64,000 nucleotides of DNA from Gammaproteobacteria bacterium (GTDB lineage: Bacteria; Pseudomonadota; Gammaproteobacteria; Eutrophobiales; Eutrophobiaceae), in contig CAXMWX010000011.1 of the NCBI GenBank assembly GCA_963422205.2, positions 96,001 to 160,000 on the forward strand. The letters run 5' to 3'. A model generated the notes under the pieces. It saw nothing but the letters and a program-made list of their open reading frames with translations. It made no database searches and was not told where the DNA came from. This document shows, one piece after another, positions 1 through 9,934 of this stretch. The translations under genes and the position numbers were made by a program. The first letter of the stretch is position 1; each line of letters starts with the position of its first letter.

Positions 1-905
1 TGATCATCGATCTGCGCGGCAATGGTGGCGGTTCTTTATCGGAGGCACTGGAATTTACTGGCCTGTTCATAGAAAAAGGGCCGATCGTACAAACCAGGGA
101 TGCCGCCGGACGCATTGATGTCAATCATGATCCCGACCCCGGCATCGCCTACGGCGGGCCACTTGCCGTTCTGGTCGACAGAAACAGTGCCTCGGCCTCG
201 GAAATTTTCTCCGGGGCGATCCAGGATTACAAGCGCGGCATTATCGTCGGCGAGCCGACCTTCGGCAAAGGCACGGTGCAGAATATCGTTGATCTCAACA
301 CAGTACAGAATATCGTCGACCTCAGTCGCCTCTCGCGCCAGCCGGATGGGGATTACGGTCGGCTGAAGACAACGATCGCACAATTTTTTCGCATCAGCGG
401 CGGCAGTAATCAATTTACCGGCGTGATCCCCGACATCATCATGCCGACAGCGGCATACGGCGATGAACATGGCGAGCGCGCACTGGATCATGCCTTGCCC
501 TGGGCGCAGATAAAGCCCGCCCGGTACCTCATCGCCAGCGCACCGGTCGACAGTTTCAGCCGCATTAAAAAACGGCACGAAGCGCGTATTGAAAACCATG
601 CACTGTTTCAGCAACTGCTGGCGGATTTGGCGAACAGCTACCAGCGTGGCAACAGAAAAACCATCTCGCTGCTAAAGAGCAAACGGCAACAGGAAAGAGA
701 AACCTTACTGGCTGAAAAGCATCGGCTAAGAAAGGCATTTCGGCGGGCGCAGGGCCTGCCTCCCCTGCCCGAAGATGCCGAGCTTGACGACAAACCCGCA
801 GAGCAAGAGCAGGAAAAACCTTTGGATCTGGTACTGCAAGAGGCCGCACAGATACTCGCAGATCTGCTTACGCCGCCATCACACACCGCCAGCACAGGCC
901 CGTAG
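1..905 (+). CDS. prc: Tail-specific (C-terminal processing) protease, S41 family; 5'-truncated by window edge
   Basis: Frame 3 is open from position 3: IIDLRGNGGGSL, DRNSASASEIFSGAIQDYKRGIIVGEPTFGKGTVQ (S41 Ser/Lys catalytic motifs), then a Prc-type C-terminal domain. Confidence 0.9.
   Translation, partial: IIDLRGNGGGSLSEALEFTGLFIEKGPIVQTRDAAGRIDVNHDPDPGIAYGGPLAVLVDRNSASASEIFSGAIQDYKRGIIVGEPTFGKGTVQNIVDLNTVQNIVDLSRLSRQPDGDYGRLKTTIAQFFRISGGSNQFTGVIPDIIMPTAAYGDEHGERALDHALPWAQIKPARYLIASAPVDSFSRIKKRHEARIENHALFQQLLADLANSYQRGNRKTISLLKSKRQQERETLLAEKHRLRKAFRRAQGLPPLPEDAELDDKPAEQEQEKPLDLVLQEAAQILADLLTPPSHTASTGP
273..326 (+). repeat. In-frame 27-bp imperfect tandem duplication (TVQNIVDLN/TVQNIVDLS) inside prc
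   Basis: acggtgcagaatatcgttgatctcaac followed by acagtacagaatatcgtcgacctcagt. Confidence 0.9.
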
Positions 906-959
906 TGCCTTGCCTCACGCGCCCTTTATCATGGGGGGATAAGTACAATCCGGCAGCGG

Positions 960-2417
960 TTACGCTCGGCCGAAATCATCATCGAAACGCACGATATCAT
1001 CCTCGCCCAAATAACCGCCTATCTGCACCTCAATGACTTCCAAATCCTGTTTGGCGTTATTGGCCAGGCGATGTTTGGTGCCGACCTCAATATAAATCGA
1101 TTCATTCACGCCCAATTCATGCACCTCATCGCCACACGTGACCGTAGCATGGCCCTTCACGATGACCCAATGCTCTGTGCGCTGGTGGTGCAGTTGCAGT
1201 GAGATTTTTTTCCCCGGCTTCACCAGCAGGCGTTTGACCTGATAGCCGGGCGCCGATTGTATGGATTCATAACCGCCCCAGGGACGATGCGTAAAAGCGC
1301 TGCTGCGTAACTCCTCACGATTTTGCTGCTGCAGGATACCGATCAGGTGCGTCATCTGCTGTGAGCCCCGTCGATCCATCACCATAACCGCATCTGCGGT
1401 TTCTATCACCGCCAGATTATCACAGCCAAGCGCCGCCACCAGGCGGGACTCCGCCTGTACCAGCGTATTACTGCACCCATGCAACACCACATCGCCAGCC
1501 ATGACATTCTTGTTCTCATCACATCGAGCCGGATCACCCTGGCCCTGTGACCATACGGCATCCCAGGAACCGACATCAGACCAGGCAACATCGGCAGGGA
1601 TCACATACGCTGATATCGCCTGTAGTTCTTGCAGACGTTCCAGCACCGCATAATCCACCGAATCGGCTGGGCATTTTTCAAATTCATCGTTATCAAGATG
1701 GTAGAAAACACCCTCGGCCCTGCCACCCGTCCAGGCCGCCTGGCATGCAGCAGATATGTCCGGCGCCAGTTGCCGTACAGACTCCCGCCAGAGAGAAGTA
1801 CGCAACATAAACATACCGCTATTCCAAAGATAATCCCTTGTCGCACAATAGCGCTCTGCTGTTTGCTGGTCAGGCTTCTCCGCAAAACGTTCAATCAGAA
1901 ACACATCAACACCGCCAGCAGACGGGGCTTTTCTCTGGCCTTTTTTAATGTAGCCATAGGCCGTATTCGCCGCCGTCGGCCTGATGCCAAAGGTCACAAT
2001 GTGCCCGGCCTCAGCATACGCCATGCCAGCGGCCAGGGTCTGTTCGAATTTTTCAACATCAGCGATGCTGTGATCGGCGGGCAGCATCAGCAGGACAGTA
2101 TCTTTCTCTTGCGCCAATGCAGCGAGGGTCAAGGCCGGGGCCGTGTTACGCCCCACCGGTTCCAGGATAATCGACTGAACAGCCTCGTCAATGGCCGCCG
2201 CCTGTTCCTGCACAACAAAGCGATGTACCTCATTACAGACCAGCAGGGTCGGCAACACATCAAGCCGCTCATGCAGGCCACGTATTCTCAGCAGGGTAGC
2301 CTGCAACAGAGAATGCTCGCCAAACAAGCGCAAAAACTGCTTGGGATAATGCTGCCTTGATAACGGCCACAGACGTGTACCTGAACCACCAGCCAGAATA
2401 ACGGGGCATAGCTTCAT
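960..2417 (-). CDS. manC: Mannose-1-phosphate guanylyltransferase / mannose-6-phosphate isomerase
   Basis: VILAGGSGTRLWPLSR..YPKQF, EPVGRNTAPA, WSDVGSW, and a C-terminal cupin (RPWGGY...SLQLHHQRTEHW). Confidence 0.93.
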   Translation of the reverse strand: MKLCPVILAGGSGTRLWPLSRQHYPKQFLRLFGEHSLLQATLLRIRGLHERLDVLPTLLVCNEVHRFVVQEQAAAIDEAVQSIILEPVGRNTAPALTLAALAQEKDTVLLMLPADHSIADVEKFEQTLAAGMAYAEAGHIVTFGIRPTAANTAYGYIKKGQRKAPSAGGVDVFLIERFAEKPDQQTAERYCATRDYLWNSGMFMLRTSLWRESVRQLAPDISAACQAAWTGGRAEGVFYHLDNDEFEKCPADSVDYAVLERLQELQAISAYVIPADVAWSDVGSWDAVWSQGQGDPARCDENKNVMAGDVVLHGCSNTLVQAESRLVAALGCDNLAVIETADAVMVMDRRGSQQMTHLIGILQQQNREELRSSAFTHRPWGGYESIQSAPGYQVKRLLVKPGKKISLQLHHQRTEHWVIVKGHATVTCGDEVHELGVNESIYIEVGTKHRLANNAKQDLEVIEVQIGGYLGEDDIVRFDDDFGRA

Positions 2418-2574
2418 CGTGTTCTCAGATTGGTCATATCATGCTATGCCAGTTTAGAGGATAAGGCATATCTAACTTAACTAAGGCAACATCAGCGCTG
2501 CGCCTCATTTTTCAACAATACTTCTGGCATCTGTCAGGTCGGTTACTATAGACTATTATTTTCCCCATTCAACC

Positions 2575-3531
2575 TTGAGATCAGTGACCACTGGCTTTAT
2601 CTACAGCGACAGTTTTCTGGCACACGACACCGGCAGTGGCCATCCAGAGTGCCCGGCGCGCTTGCAGGCGGTGATGTCGTATTTATCCGCACAGCCGCTA
2701 TACCAGAAACTGCGATCATACGATGTACGCCCGGCGGATCTGGCCTTGATACACAGCAACCACGACAGCGATTATATCGGCCGTGCCAGGCAGACCTGCC
2801 TGGCAGGTGCGCCCTTTCTGGACTGCATGGATGTCGCCGTTTCTCAGCAATCCTATGACATTGCCCTGCTGGCGACTGGCGCCGCGCTGACCCTGGCCGA
2901 CCGCATGATGACCGGAGAGATCAGTAACGGCTTCGCCCTGGTGCGCCCGCCAGGCCACCATGCCGAGCGTAACCAGGCGCTGGGGTTTTGCCTGTTCAAC
3001 AATGTCGCCATCCTGGCCCGGTATCTGCAGGCTGAGTATGCGCTGGAGAAGATCGCCATCATCGATTGGGATGTGCATCATGGCAATGGCACACAGCATG
3101 CCTTCGAATCCGACCCGTCGGTGTTGTACATCAGTACGCATCAATACCCCTATTATCCCGGCACGGGCGCTTACTCGGAGACGGGCATCGGCCAGGGCCG
3201 GGGCGCCACGCTGAACTGCCCCATGCCGGCTGGCAGCGGCGATGCCGATTATGAACGCGCCTTCACCGAACAGATACTGCCGACCATCAGCCGCTTCCGG
3301 CCGGAGTGTCTGCTCATCTCGGCGGGTTTTGATGCCCACAAAGATGATCCGCTCGGTCAAATTGAATTGAGCACGCCGTTCTTTGGCTGGATGACCCGGC
3401 GCCTGCTGGAGGTGGCCGATCAGCATTGCCAGGGACGGATGATCTCTGTGCTGGAAGGCGGCTATGATCTGACCGCCCTGCCGCTGTGTGTTGTCAAGCA
3501 CCTGCAAGTGATGGCCGGTGCGCCCGCATGA
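2575..3531 (+). CDS. Zn-dependent histone-deacetylase-family protein
   Basis: HPECPARL, RPPGHHA, GFCLFNNVA, DWDVHHGNGTQ, SAGFDAH..DPL, LEGGY. Confidence 0.93.
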   Translation: MRSVTTGFIYSDSFLAHDTGSGHPECPARLQAVMSYLSAQPLYQKLRSYDVRPADLALIHSNHDSDYIGRARQTCLAGAPFLDCMDVAVSQQSYDIALLATGAALTLADRMMTGEISNGFALVRPPGHHAERNQALGFCLFNNVAILARYLQAEYALEKIAIIDWDVHHGNGTQHAFESDPSVLYISTHQYPYYPGTGAYSETGIGQGRGATLNCPMPAGSGDADYERAFTEQILPTISRFRPECLLISAGFDAHKDDPLGQIELSTPFFGWMTRRLLEVADQHCQGRMISVLEGGYDLTALPLCVVKHLQVMAGAPA

Positions 3532-4913
3532 TACAGGTGGCGCTGAAGGCCCTGGGTTGCCGACTGAACGAGGCCGAGCTGGAAGCCTGGGCGCAGCAAT
3601 TCAAACACTACGGCTATGGCATAACCGGCGATGTTGCACAGGCGGATCTGCTGGTGATCAACACCTGCGCCGTCACCCGGGAAGCGGTAAAAAAATCGCG
3701 GCAGCTCATCAGACGAAGCCAACGCCGCAACCCCAACGCCAGGCTGGTGGTCAGCGGCTGTTATGCCAGCCTTGCCCGCACGGCTGACGATAGGCCGCCG
3801 CTTGCCCCTGCCAGCGACCTGGCAGGCATCGATCTGCTGATCCCCAATCAGGATAAAGAGACGCTGGTGGCGCATGTACATCGGCAACTGGGCGCACGGC
3901 TCAAACCGCCGCCTGCCGGTGAAGCTGATACCAGAACCCATGCCGATGCCGATGCCCCTGCCGACGACCAGACTCAACACAGGCGTAACCGCGCCTTTAT
4001 CAAGGTGCAGGATGGCTGTCGTTATCAATGCACTTTCTGCATCGTCACCGTTGCCCGCGGCGATGAGCGCAGCAAGCCCGTCAGGCAGGTGGTTGATGAG
4101 ATCAATGCAGCGCAGGCACAAGGCATCAAAGAGATCGTACTGACCGGTGTGCATATTGGCGGTTACGGCAGCGATGCGGACACCAGCCTGGTTACACTCA
4201 TCCAGACCATCATCAAAGAGACGGATATCCCCCGCATACGCCTAGGCTCGGTTGAGCCGTGGAATTTGGGTGAGGACTTCCTGGCCCTGTTTACCCACGC
4301 CAGGATGATGCCGCATCTGCACCTGCCCATGCAGAGCGGTGCAGATACTGTGCTGAGACGCATGGCCAGGCGCTGTAAAACCGCTGCGTTTATCGACTGG
4401 CTGGTCGTGGCCAGAGAGCAGGTTCAGGACCTGAATATCACCACGGATATGATCGTCGGTTTCCCCGGTGAGACTGACAGCGAATGGCAGCAAACCCTGG
4501 CCTTCGTGCGGGCTTGTCGGTTCTCCCATATCCATATCTTCCCCTACTCGGCAAGACCGGGTACGTACGCCGCTTCGCTGCCCGGGCAGGTGGACGCCGC
4601 CACCAAAAAACAGCGCTGTCGGGCGCTGCGATCACTCGCCGAGGCGATGAAGCTGGCGTATATGCAAACCTTCATCGGCCGGGAATGTGAGGTATTGATC
4701 GAACATGCCCGGGATGTGCATGACGGCGAGGCGGCATATTCAGGGTACGCACCGAACTACCTCAGAGTCGCCATCCCGGCACAACAAGGCAAGCCATACA
4801 TCAACCGCATCGTACCCGTGCAAATAACCGGCTACAGCCAGGCACAACAACGATTGCAAGGCCAACTGCGGCCTCATCGCCCCGGCCCGAGGAGATCGCC
4901 AGCGAGATCATAA
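3528..4913 (+). CDS. mtaB: tRNA methylthiotransferase, MtaB/MiaB-like radical SAM enzyme
   Basis: LGCRLN, INTCAVT, KVQDGCRYQCTFC (CxxxCxxC), EIVLTGVHIGGYG; its ATG overlaps the upstream stop (ATGA). Confidence 0.85.
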   Translation: MIQVALKALGCRLNEAELEAWAQQFKHYGYGITGDVAQADLLVINTCAVTREAVKKSRQLIRRSQRRNPNARLVVSGCYASLARTADDRPPLAPASDLAGIDLLIPNQDKETLVAHVHRQLGARLKPPPAGEADTRTHADADAPADDQTQHRRNRAFIKVQDGCRYQCTFCIVTVARGDERSKPVRQVVDEINAAQAQGIKEIVLTGVHIGGYGSDADTSLVTLIQTIIKETDIPRIRLGSVEPWNLGEDFLALFTHARMMPHLHLPMQSGADTVLRRMARRCKTAAFIDWLVVAREQVQDLNITTDMIVGFPGETDSEWQQTLAFVRACRFSHIHIFPYSARPGTYAASLPGQVDAATKKQRCRALRSLAEAMKLAYMQTFIGRECEVLIEHARDVHDGEAAYSGYAPNYLRVAIPAQQGKPYINRIVPVQITGYSQAQQRLQGQLRPHRPGPRRSPARS

Positions 4914-5146
4914 GCATGGCAGGCTCAATCAGGCAAGCCAGCGTGCGCGGTGACATACAGGAACAGCTCGCTTGACCTTCAGGGCGTGCATGGCGCAATC
5001 CACCAATACTGCCGGGATGCTGCCGACCTCTCCGGGCGGTGGCATCGGCCTGTTTGCCCAGTGGGCAATGCCTTATTTAACCGCCCATCATAGTCATCAC
5101 GATATAAGCAAGTCATCCACATAACCGCCCGTGGCCCCAGGCGCCC

Positions 5147-5578
5147 TCACTTTATCTGTGTACCTTGCAGAGACTGTCGGATACCTGCAATCGCAGCGAG
5201 GCTGTAATTGACACGCTGGTATTCACGTTCGATCGCCGCCAGGTCATGAAATGCCCCCAGCATGGGCGGATTTTTCAGCACGGCATGCGCCTCTGCCATC
5301 GCATGACTCATCTCTCTTGCCCGTACTGGTGGCAGCTTCACACCCCATAACTCGGCTTTTAATTGACCTAGCTGTCTGCGTAACTCGCCCCTGGCCTGCT
5401 TGAGAAGGTCATAGTGTTGCCGCATCTCAGTGACACGCTGTTCAGCAACATAGGGGTCAACAGGTGCAGCTTGCGCTGGTTCACTGACCGGTCGGCTTGC
5501 CACTGGCGCCCTGTTCATGAAGACAAAAACAGCGAGCACGATGATGAGCGCCAGGGAAAAAAGAAGAAAGATTTTCAT
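5147..5578 (-). CDS. Hypothetical protein with N-terminal signal/TM anchor and coiled-coil region
   Basis: 143-aa ORF with a hydrophobic N-terminus (MKIFLLFSLALIIVLAVFVFM); fills the gap between genes. Confidence 0.65.
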   Translation of the reverse strand: MKIFLLFSLALIIVLAVFVFMNRAPVASRPVSEPAQAAPVDPYVAEQRVTEMRQHYDLLKQARGELRRQLGQLKAELWGVKLPPVRAREMSHAMAEAHAVLKNPPMLGAFHDLAAIEREYQRVNYSLAAIAGIRQSLQGTQIK

Positions 5579-5619
5579 GGATTGGGCTTGATGCGGCCTG
5601 GTACAGCAGACGATTCATA

Positions 5620-5860
5620 GAAATCATCAGTATATTCAGAAAATAAAATTTATTTATCAATATGTTATATTAATTTTCACAGAATTAATATGTAAAGTTA
5701 AATATCATAAACATTATTTAAAATACTATTATTTAAAGATTTTTCTTGATCTAACTCGTAATTTATTCTACAACTGTTTCTCTGTATTTTCCCCGTACAG
5801 TTTGGATAATTTAATGATAACTCAACGATTTAAGAGATTTAGTAAAAAAATATCTCAACA
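5620..5860. promoter_or_regulatory. Strongly AT-rich divergent intergenic region
   Basis: Long A/T runs, in sharp contrast to the GC-rich flanks, between two divergent genes. Confidence 0.55.
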
Positions 5861-5897
5861 CAGGACGACATGTCTTCACCTGAGTGCATTGTACAAC

Positions 5898-6332
5898 ATG
5901 CCGATCACCGACCAGCAGACCGGTTTTATTTATCATCCCCACGGTTTTCCGTTGGAATACAAACGCATCTGGTTTGCCTGGCGACAGCAAACCCAGGATC
6001 CATCCGAGACCAGCGATATGGGCTTGATCTTCCGCGCTGAGAAATATTTTCGCCCCGGCGCTACCCTGGAGTTGACCATTCCATTGCATAACGAAACCGA
6101 AAAATTTCGCGGTAAAGTCGTCATGGTACGCAACATGGGCGAGCATTTCGAGATTGGCCTGTGGTTACAACGCCGGGCCGATGCCAGCCGCGTGCGTATT
6201 GTCGAGCAAATCTGCCATATTGAGGTCTACCTGAAAGAGAAGAAATACCGCGAGGGGCCCTATGCCCTCAATCGTGACAGGGCGGCCGCTGAGTGGATCA
6301 CCAAATACGCCAGCACTGTGCCCTCGCTGTAG
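5898..6332 (+). CDS. PilZ-domain protein with degenerate c-di-GMP motif
   Basis: FIYHP..FPLEY, SDMGLIF, FRGKVVMVR, FEIGL, RVRIVEQICHIEVY...AAAEWITKYA match the stand-alone PilZ family; start could be further upstream (5802). Confidence 0.75.
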   Translation: MPITDQQTGFIYHPHGFPLEYKRIWFAWRQQTQDPSETSDMGLIFRAEKYFRPGATLELTIPLHNETEKFRGKVVMVRNMGEHFEIGLWLQRRADASRVRIVEQICHIEVYLKEKKYREGPYALNRDRAAAEWITKYASTVPSL

Positions 6333-6353
6333 ATGATCGCTGGTCTCGCCAGA

Positions 6354-6989
6354 CTACGGCACACAGCGAACACCGGTACCGCCCAGACCACAATAGCCAT
6401 CAGGATTCCTGGCCAGGTATTGCTGATGATAATCCTCAGCATAATAGAACGCACCGGCGGGCAGGATCTCGGTGCTGATTGCGCCATAACCTGCCGCTGA
6501 CAGGGCCTGCTGATACCGCGCTCGGCTGGCCTCGGCGGCCTGATGCTGCTGCTCGGAATAGACATAAATACCGGAGCGATACTGCGTGCCGCAATCATTG
6601 CCCTGACGCATGCCCTGGGTCGGATCATGGGCTTCCCAGAAGACCGTCAGCAACTCATCAAAACCCAGCTGTTCAGGTTGAAAGACCACCAGCACCACTT
6701 CGTTATGCCCGGTTCTGCCCGTGCATACCTCTTCATAGCTTGGGTTCGGCGTGTAACCGGCACTGTAACCCACAGCGGTGGTATACACCCCCGGTAACTG
6801 CCAGAATTTACGCTCAGCCCCCCAGAAACATCCCAGACCGAAGATGATCTGCTGCATGATCCCGGGGAAAGGCGGCGTCAGCGGATGACCGTTGACATAG
6901 TGCCGGGCAGGCACTGGCAGGGGCTGTTCACGCCCGGGCAGGGCTTGAGATAAGGATGGCATCTCAGTTCTCCGGAAAAGCAACGACAT
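6354..6989 (-). CDS. msrA: Peptide methionine sulfoxide reductase A (cytoplasmic)
   Basis: [49 protein letters not shown]. Confidence 0.95.
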   Translation of the reverse strand: MSLLFRRTEMPSLSQALPGREQPLPVPARHYVNGHPLTPPFPGIMQQIIFGLGCFWGAERKFWQLPGVYTTAVGYSAGYTPNPSYEEVCTGRTGHNEVVLVVFQPEQLGFDELLTVFWEAHDPTQGMRQGNDCGTQYRSGIYVYSEQQHQAAEASRARYQQALSAAGYGAISTEILPAGAFYYAEDYHQQYLARNPDGYCGLGGTGVRCVP

Positions 6990-7134
6990 ATCATCTCCCA
7001 TCGCAACGCAGGCGAGCTTGTCCCCACCCGGCGCTGTCTTTAACGAAACTATTATACAGGAACGCTATCAAAGACGATAACAAACCCATACCATCCACCT
7101 GCCAGGCCACAGATAGACCAGGGACAGCGCCACC

Positions 7135-7782
7135 ATGAAGACGGCAAAATCCATCATCAGCACCCTCTCTGTGCTGGCGGTCATCAGCATACTCTGGCTT
7201 GAGCAGATGCCAACAGCCCACGCCGAGAAAGACCCGACCACACCGAACTCGTATGCCAGGGCGGTTTTCGCTGGCGGCTGTTTCTGGTGTATGGAACCGC
7301 CTTATGATGCACTTGATGGGGTCATCAGCACCATCTCAGGCTATACCGGCGGGCGGGTTAAAAACCCAAGCTACAAACAGGTCTCCTCCGGGACTACCGG
7401 CCATATTGAAGCGATTGAAGTCACCTATGATTCCAGCCAGGTAGATTATGAGACCCTACTGGATGTGTTCTGGCACAATGTGGATCCCACCCGTGATGAT
7501 GGTCAGTTTTGCGATCAGGGCGCACATTACCGGCCGGCTATCTTCTTCAAAGATGCGCTGCAAAAACAGCTGATTGACGAATCATGGCAGCGGATAGAAG
7601 CCACCAAACCTTTCCCTGAGGCGCTCAAAGTGGACATTTTGCCGGAGACAGTCTTCTATCCGGCTGAGGAGTACCATCAGGATTATTATCAAAAGAACCC
7701 CATCCGCTATAAATTCTATCGTTATTCCTGCGGGCGGGATCAACGGCTGGAACAACTCTGGGGCAAACAACGCAAGCAATAA
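7135..7782 (+). CDS. msrA: Peptide methionine sulfoxide reductase A with predicted signal peptide
   Basis: FAGGCFWCME, GHIEAI, FYPAEEYHQDYY; N-terminal K-rich, hydrophobic, AHA segment. Confidence 0.92.
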   Translation: MKTAKSIISTLSVLAVISILWLEQMPTAHAEKDPTTPNSYARAVFAGGCFWCMEPPYDALDGVISTISGYTGGRVKNPSYKQVSSGTTGHIEAIEVTYDSSQVDYETLLDVFWHNVDPTRDDGQFCDQGAHYRPAIFFKDALQKQLIDESWQRIEATKPFPEALKVDILPETVFYPAEEYHQDYYQKNPIRYKFYRYSCGRDQRLEQLWGKQRKQ

Positions 7783-7887
7783 GATCAACCCCGGCAAGGC
7801 GACAGCGCTCATCGTGGCAGATAAAACATACGGCTTCGATTTGGACAGAGTGCCTTTGATTGGCTTTCCTAAAAGTGCCTTTAAGAG

Positions 7888-8385
7888 TCAACGGCGTTCA
7901 TGCAGCTGCTTGAACAAGCTAGATTCACGCTTGAAGAAGCCTTCCGTGTGAAAAGAATCCGCCAGTTTTAACACTTCATAATCCAGGTGGTGACACAGCT
8001 CGTGCAGCAAGGTGCGAAAAAACGTCCTGTAGGCCACCACCTGCCGGTTTCTGGCGGTACGCATCCAGACGGTGATACACGCCAGCCGGCCCTGCTCGAC
8101 CGGCTCATACAGACCATGCAACTCCCCACCGCCATCAGACGGCCTGACGCTCAAGACCTGCACCGTCAATGCAGGCGCATTTAACTCGACTGCCAGTCGA
8201 TTGATGAGGGTATGCGCCCGGGTTTGGATAGCCGGTTGATTCTCCTTGGCAAGGCTCGTCTGTAATTGCCGAATCATGTCACGATACTGTGTCGGCTCAC
8301 GAACCGGCACCCGCTGCACACGGTCACTGGCACGATAAACCGCCTGCTCACGCTTGCTCAACTGGTAGTAATAATCAAATACCAT
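7888..8385 (-). CDS. Hypothetical HExxH zinc metalloprotease-like protein
   Basis: TLLHELCHHLD motif plus downstream FHTEGF (possible third His ligand). Confidence 0.7.
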   Translation of the reverse strand: MVFDYYYQLSKREQAVYRASDRVQRVPVREPTQYRDMIRQLQTSLAKENQPAIQTRAHTLINRLAVELNAPALTVQVLSVRPSDGGGELHGLYEPVEQGRLACITVWMRTARNRQVVAYRTFFRTLLHELCHHLDYEVLKLADSFHTEGFFKRESSLFKQLHERR

Positions 8386-8492
8386 AAGCCAAACATCCAC
8401 CAGTATCAGCGCCCGTTTCAGACTCAGCCTGGTTTTTATTCAGGCCAAGGCGCTTGTCACCTTGCCAGCCTGCTAAAGACGGCGGCTAAAAA

Positions 8493-9005
8493 CTACTGTT
8501 GCAGAAGCCGGTTGATGGTCGTCCTGACGGCAGCCTCTGCCTCGGTATCCTTGATGCCACTGGCACGTACATATTGAATCTGGTGTTGATCATCAACCAC
8601 CATCAGGCCGGGCGTGCCCTTTACGTCATACGCCTCGGCAACATCATCGGCATCCATCAGCAAGGTCAGCGTGAAGTCGCCATCCTGCATGTATTGTACG
8701 GAGTCCCCCTCTTCCCATACATTCAAGGCATAGAAATCCACGGGTTGGCCTTTGAACTCATCCACCAGCGTCTGGAGATGCGGCAGCAGTTTCCGGCAGT
8801 ACGGACACCAGGTAGCCCAGAACATCAGCACGGCTATGCGGTCCTGGCTGTTTTGGTAAAAGTTGACCTGTTTGCCATTTTTATCCATCAGCGTCCAGTC
8901 TGGTGCTATCTCCGCTGCCTGTGCGGATACGGACACCATGACCGCCAGAGCGGCTGCCGCGACGACCTGCTGTGTCAGTTTGACCATACTCTTCAGTGTT
9001 TTCAT
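8493..9005 (-). CDS. TlpA/ResA-family exported thiol-disulfide oxidoreductase
   Basis: APDWTL, FWATWCPYC, YDVKGTP; signal peptide ending SAQA. Confidence 0.88.
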   Translation of the reverse strand: MKTLKSMVKLTQQVVAAAALAVMVSVSAQAAEIAPDWTLMDKNGKQVNFYQNSQDRIAVLMFWATWCPYCRKLLPHLQTLVDEFKGQPVDFYALNVWEEGDSVQYMQDGDFTLTLLMDADDVAEAYDVKGTPGLMVVDDQHQIQYVRASGIKDTEAEAAVRTTINRLLQQ

Positions 9006-9390
9006 TGTCGTTACCATCCGTTAAGTTAAGCTGCCTGAATGCAGGTTTCGACACCCCACCCGGGATAAGGTTCGATACACAGGCAGTCACCCTGTCGGCC
9101 TGTTTCGCTGTCCCAAATCGCTGTTAAGTACACCGAAGTTCGCTGCCTCTACAGCAAGAGCTAAGCTGGCCGGCTTGTCCGGCTGCACGAGTGCAAACAG
9201 CGTCAACGAGCGGCCAGGATGCTCATCAATACATACCCCTGCCCATGAATGAGGGACTGTTTGCCGTATTCAAGGCAGGCCAGGTACATATTTTCAGCAT
9301 GATTCTGGCGGCAATCGGTACGTATACCAGTCTTATCTGATTGTTTTTATTGGATTTTTAAATTATTTAAAAAATAATACAAAAATATGT

Positions 9391-9429
9391 TGCATCGCAC
9401 AATTTCATGGTTTATGATGCGGCGCAACA
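9391..9429 (+). promoter_or_regulatory. Two PhaR-like operator boxes upstream of phasin
   Basis: TGCATCGCACAA (9391-9402) and TGCGGCGCAACA (9418-9429); the same motif occurs upstream of phaC. Confidence 0.65.
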
Positions 9430-9455
9430 ATTAACCCAACATCGGAGAAGCAAAG

Positions 9456-9770
9456 ATGAATGCCACAGTAGAAAAATACTTGGAGCCTGTTCAGCAATTA
9501 AATGCACTGGCTATCACCAACATTGAAAAGCTGGTCAAGCAGCAGGTCAAATTCTTAAATGAGACCAGCGAGATCGGCCTCGGCCAACTGAGAAGTGCGA
9601 CCGAAATCAAAGATATAGAAGGTCTGCAAAGCTACATTCAAGGGCAGGCTGAAGCGGCCAAGACCATGAGTGAGCGTCTGCTGGCAGAGAGCAAATATAT
9701 CACTGAACTCGGCACAGAATACAGTAACGAGGTACAGAAAATCTTCAAAGAGGCTGCCGCCACGAAGTAA
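9456..9770 (+). CDS. phaP: Phasin (PHA granule-associated protein)
   Basis: 104-aa helical protein of phasin type (LNALAITNIEKLVKQQ...LRSATEIKDIEGLQSY); RBS ggag; phaC nearby. Confidence 0.8.
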   Translation: MNATVEKYLEPVQQLNALAITNIEKLVKQQVKFLNETSEIGLGQLRSATEIKDIEGLQSYIQGQAEAAKTMSERLLAESKYITELGTEYSNEVQKIFKEAAATK

Positions 9771-9830
9771 GGTTTTACCTCACCCCCCATCCGTCACTCC
9801 TCCTCATCTGCAAGTCGACGGAATGTACTG

Positions 9831-9855
9831 AGCCGCCCGCCTGGGCGGCTTTTTT
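9831..9855 (+). terminator. Rho-independent terminator after phasin
   Basis: agccgccc-gcct-gggcggct hairpin followed by a T tract. Confidence 0.8.
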
Positions 9856-9934
9856 ATGCAACTCAACCCGCCAGCACAGCCTGGCACCGGATCGTGGCAG
9901 GGATGCACCCGGCAAACAAACACGGCATGGCAAC

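Noticed and set aside
5620-5860. AT-rich tract as oriC or dif site
   Set aside because: No cluster of TTATCCACA boxes, no XerC/XerD consensus, and no origin-associated neighbouring genes.
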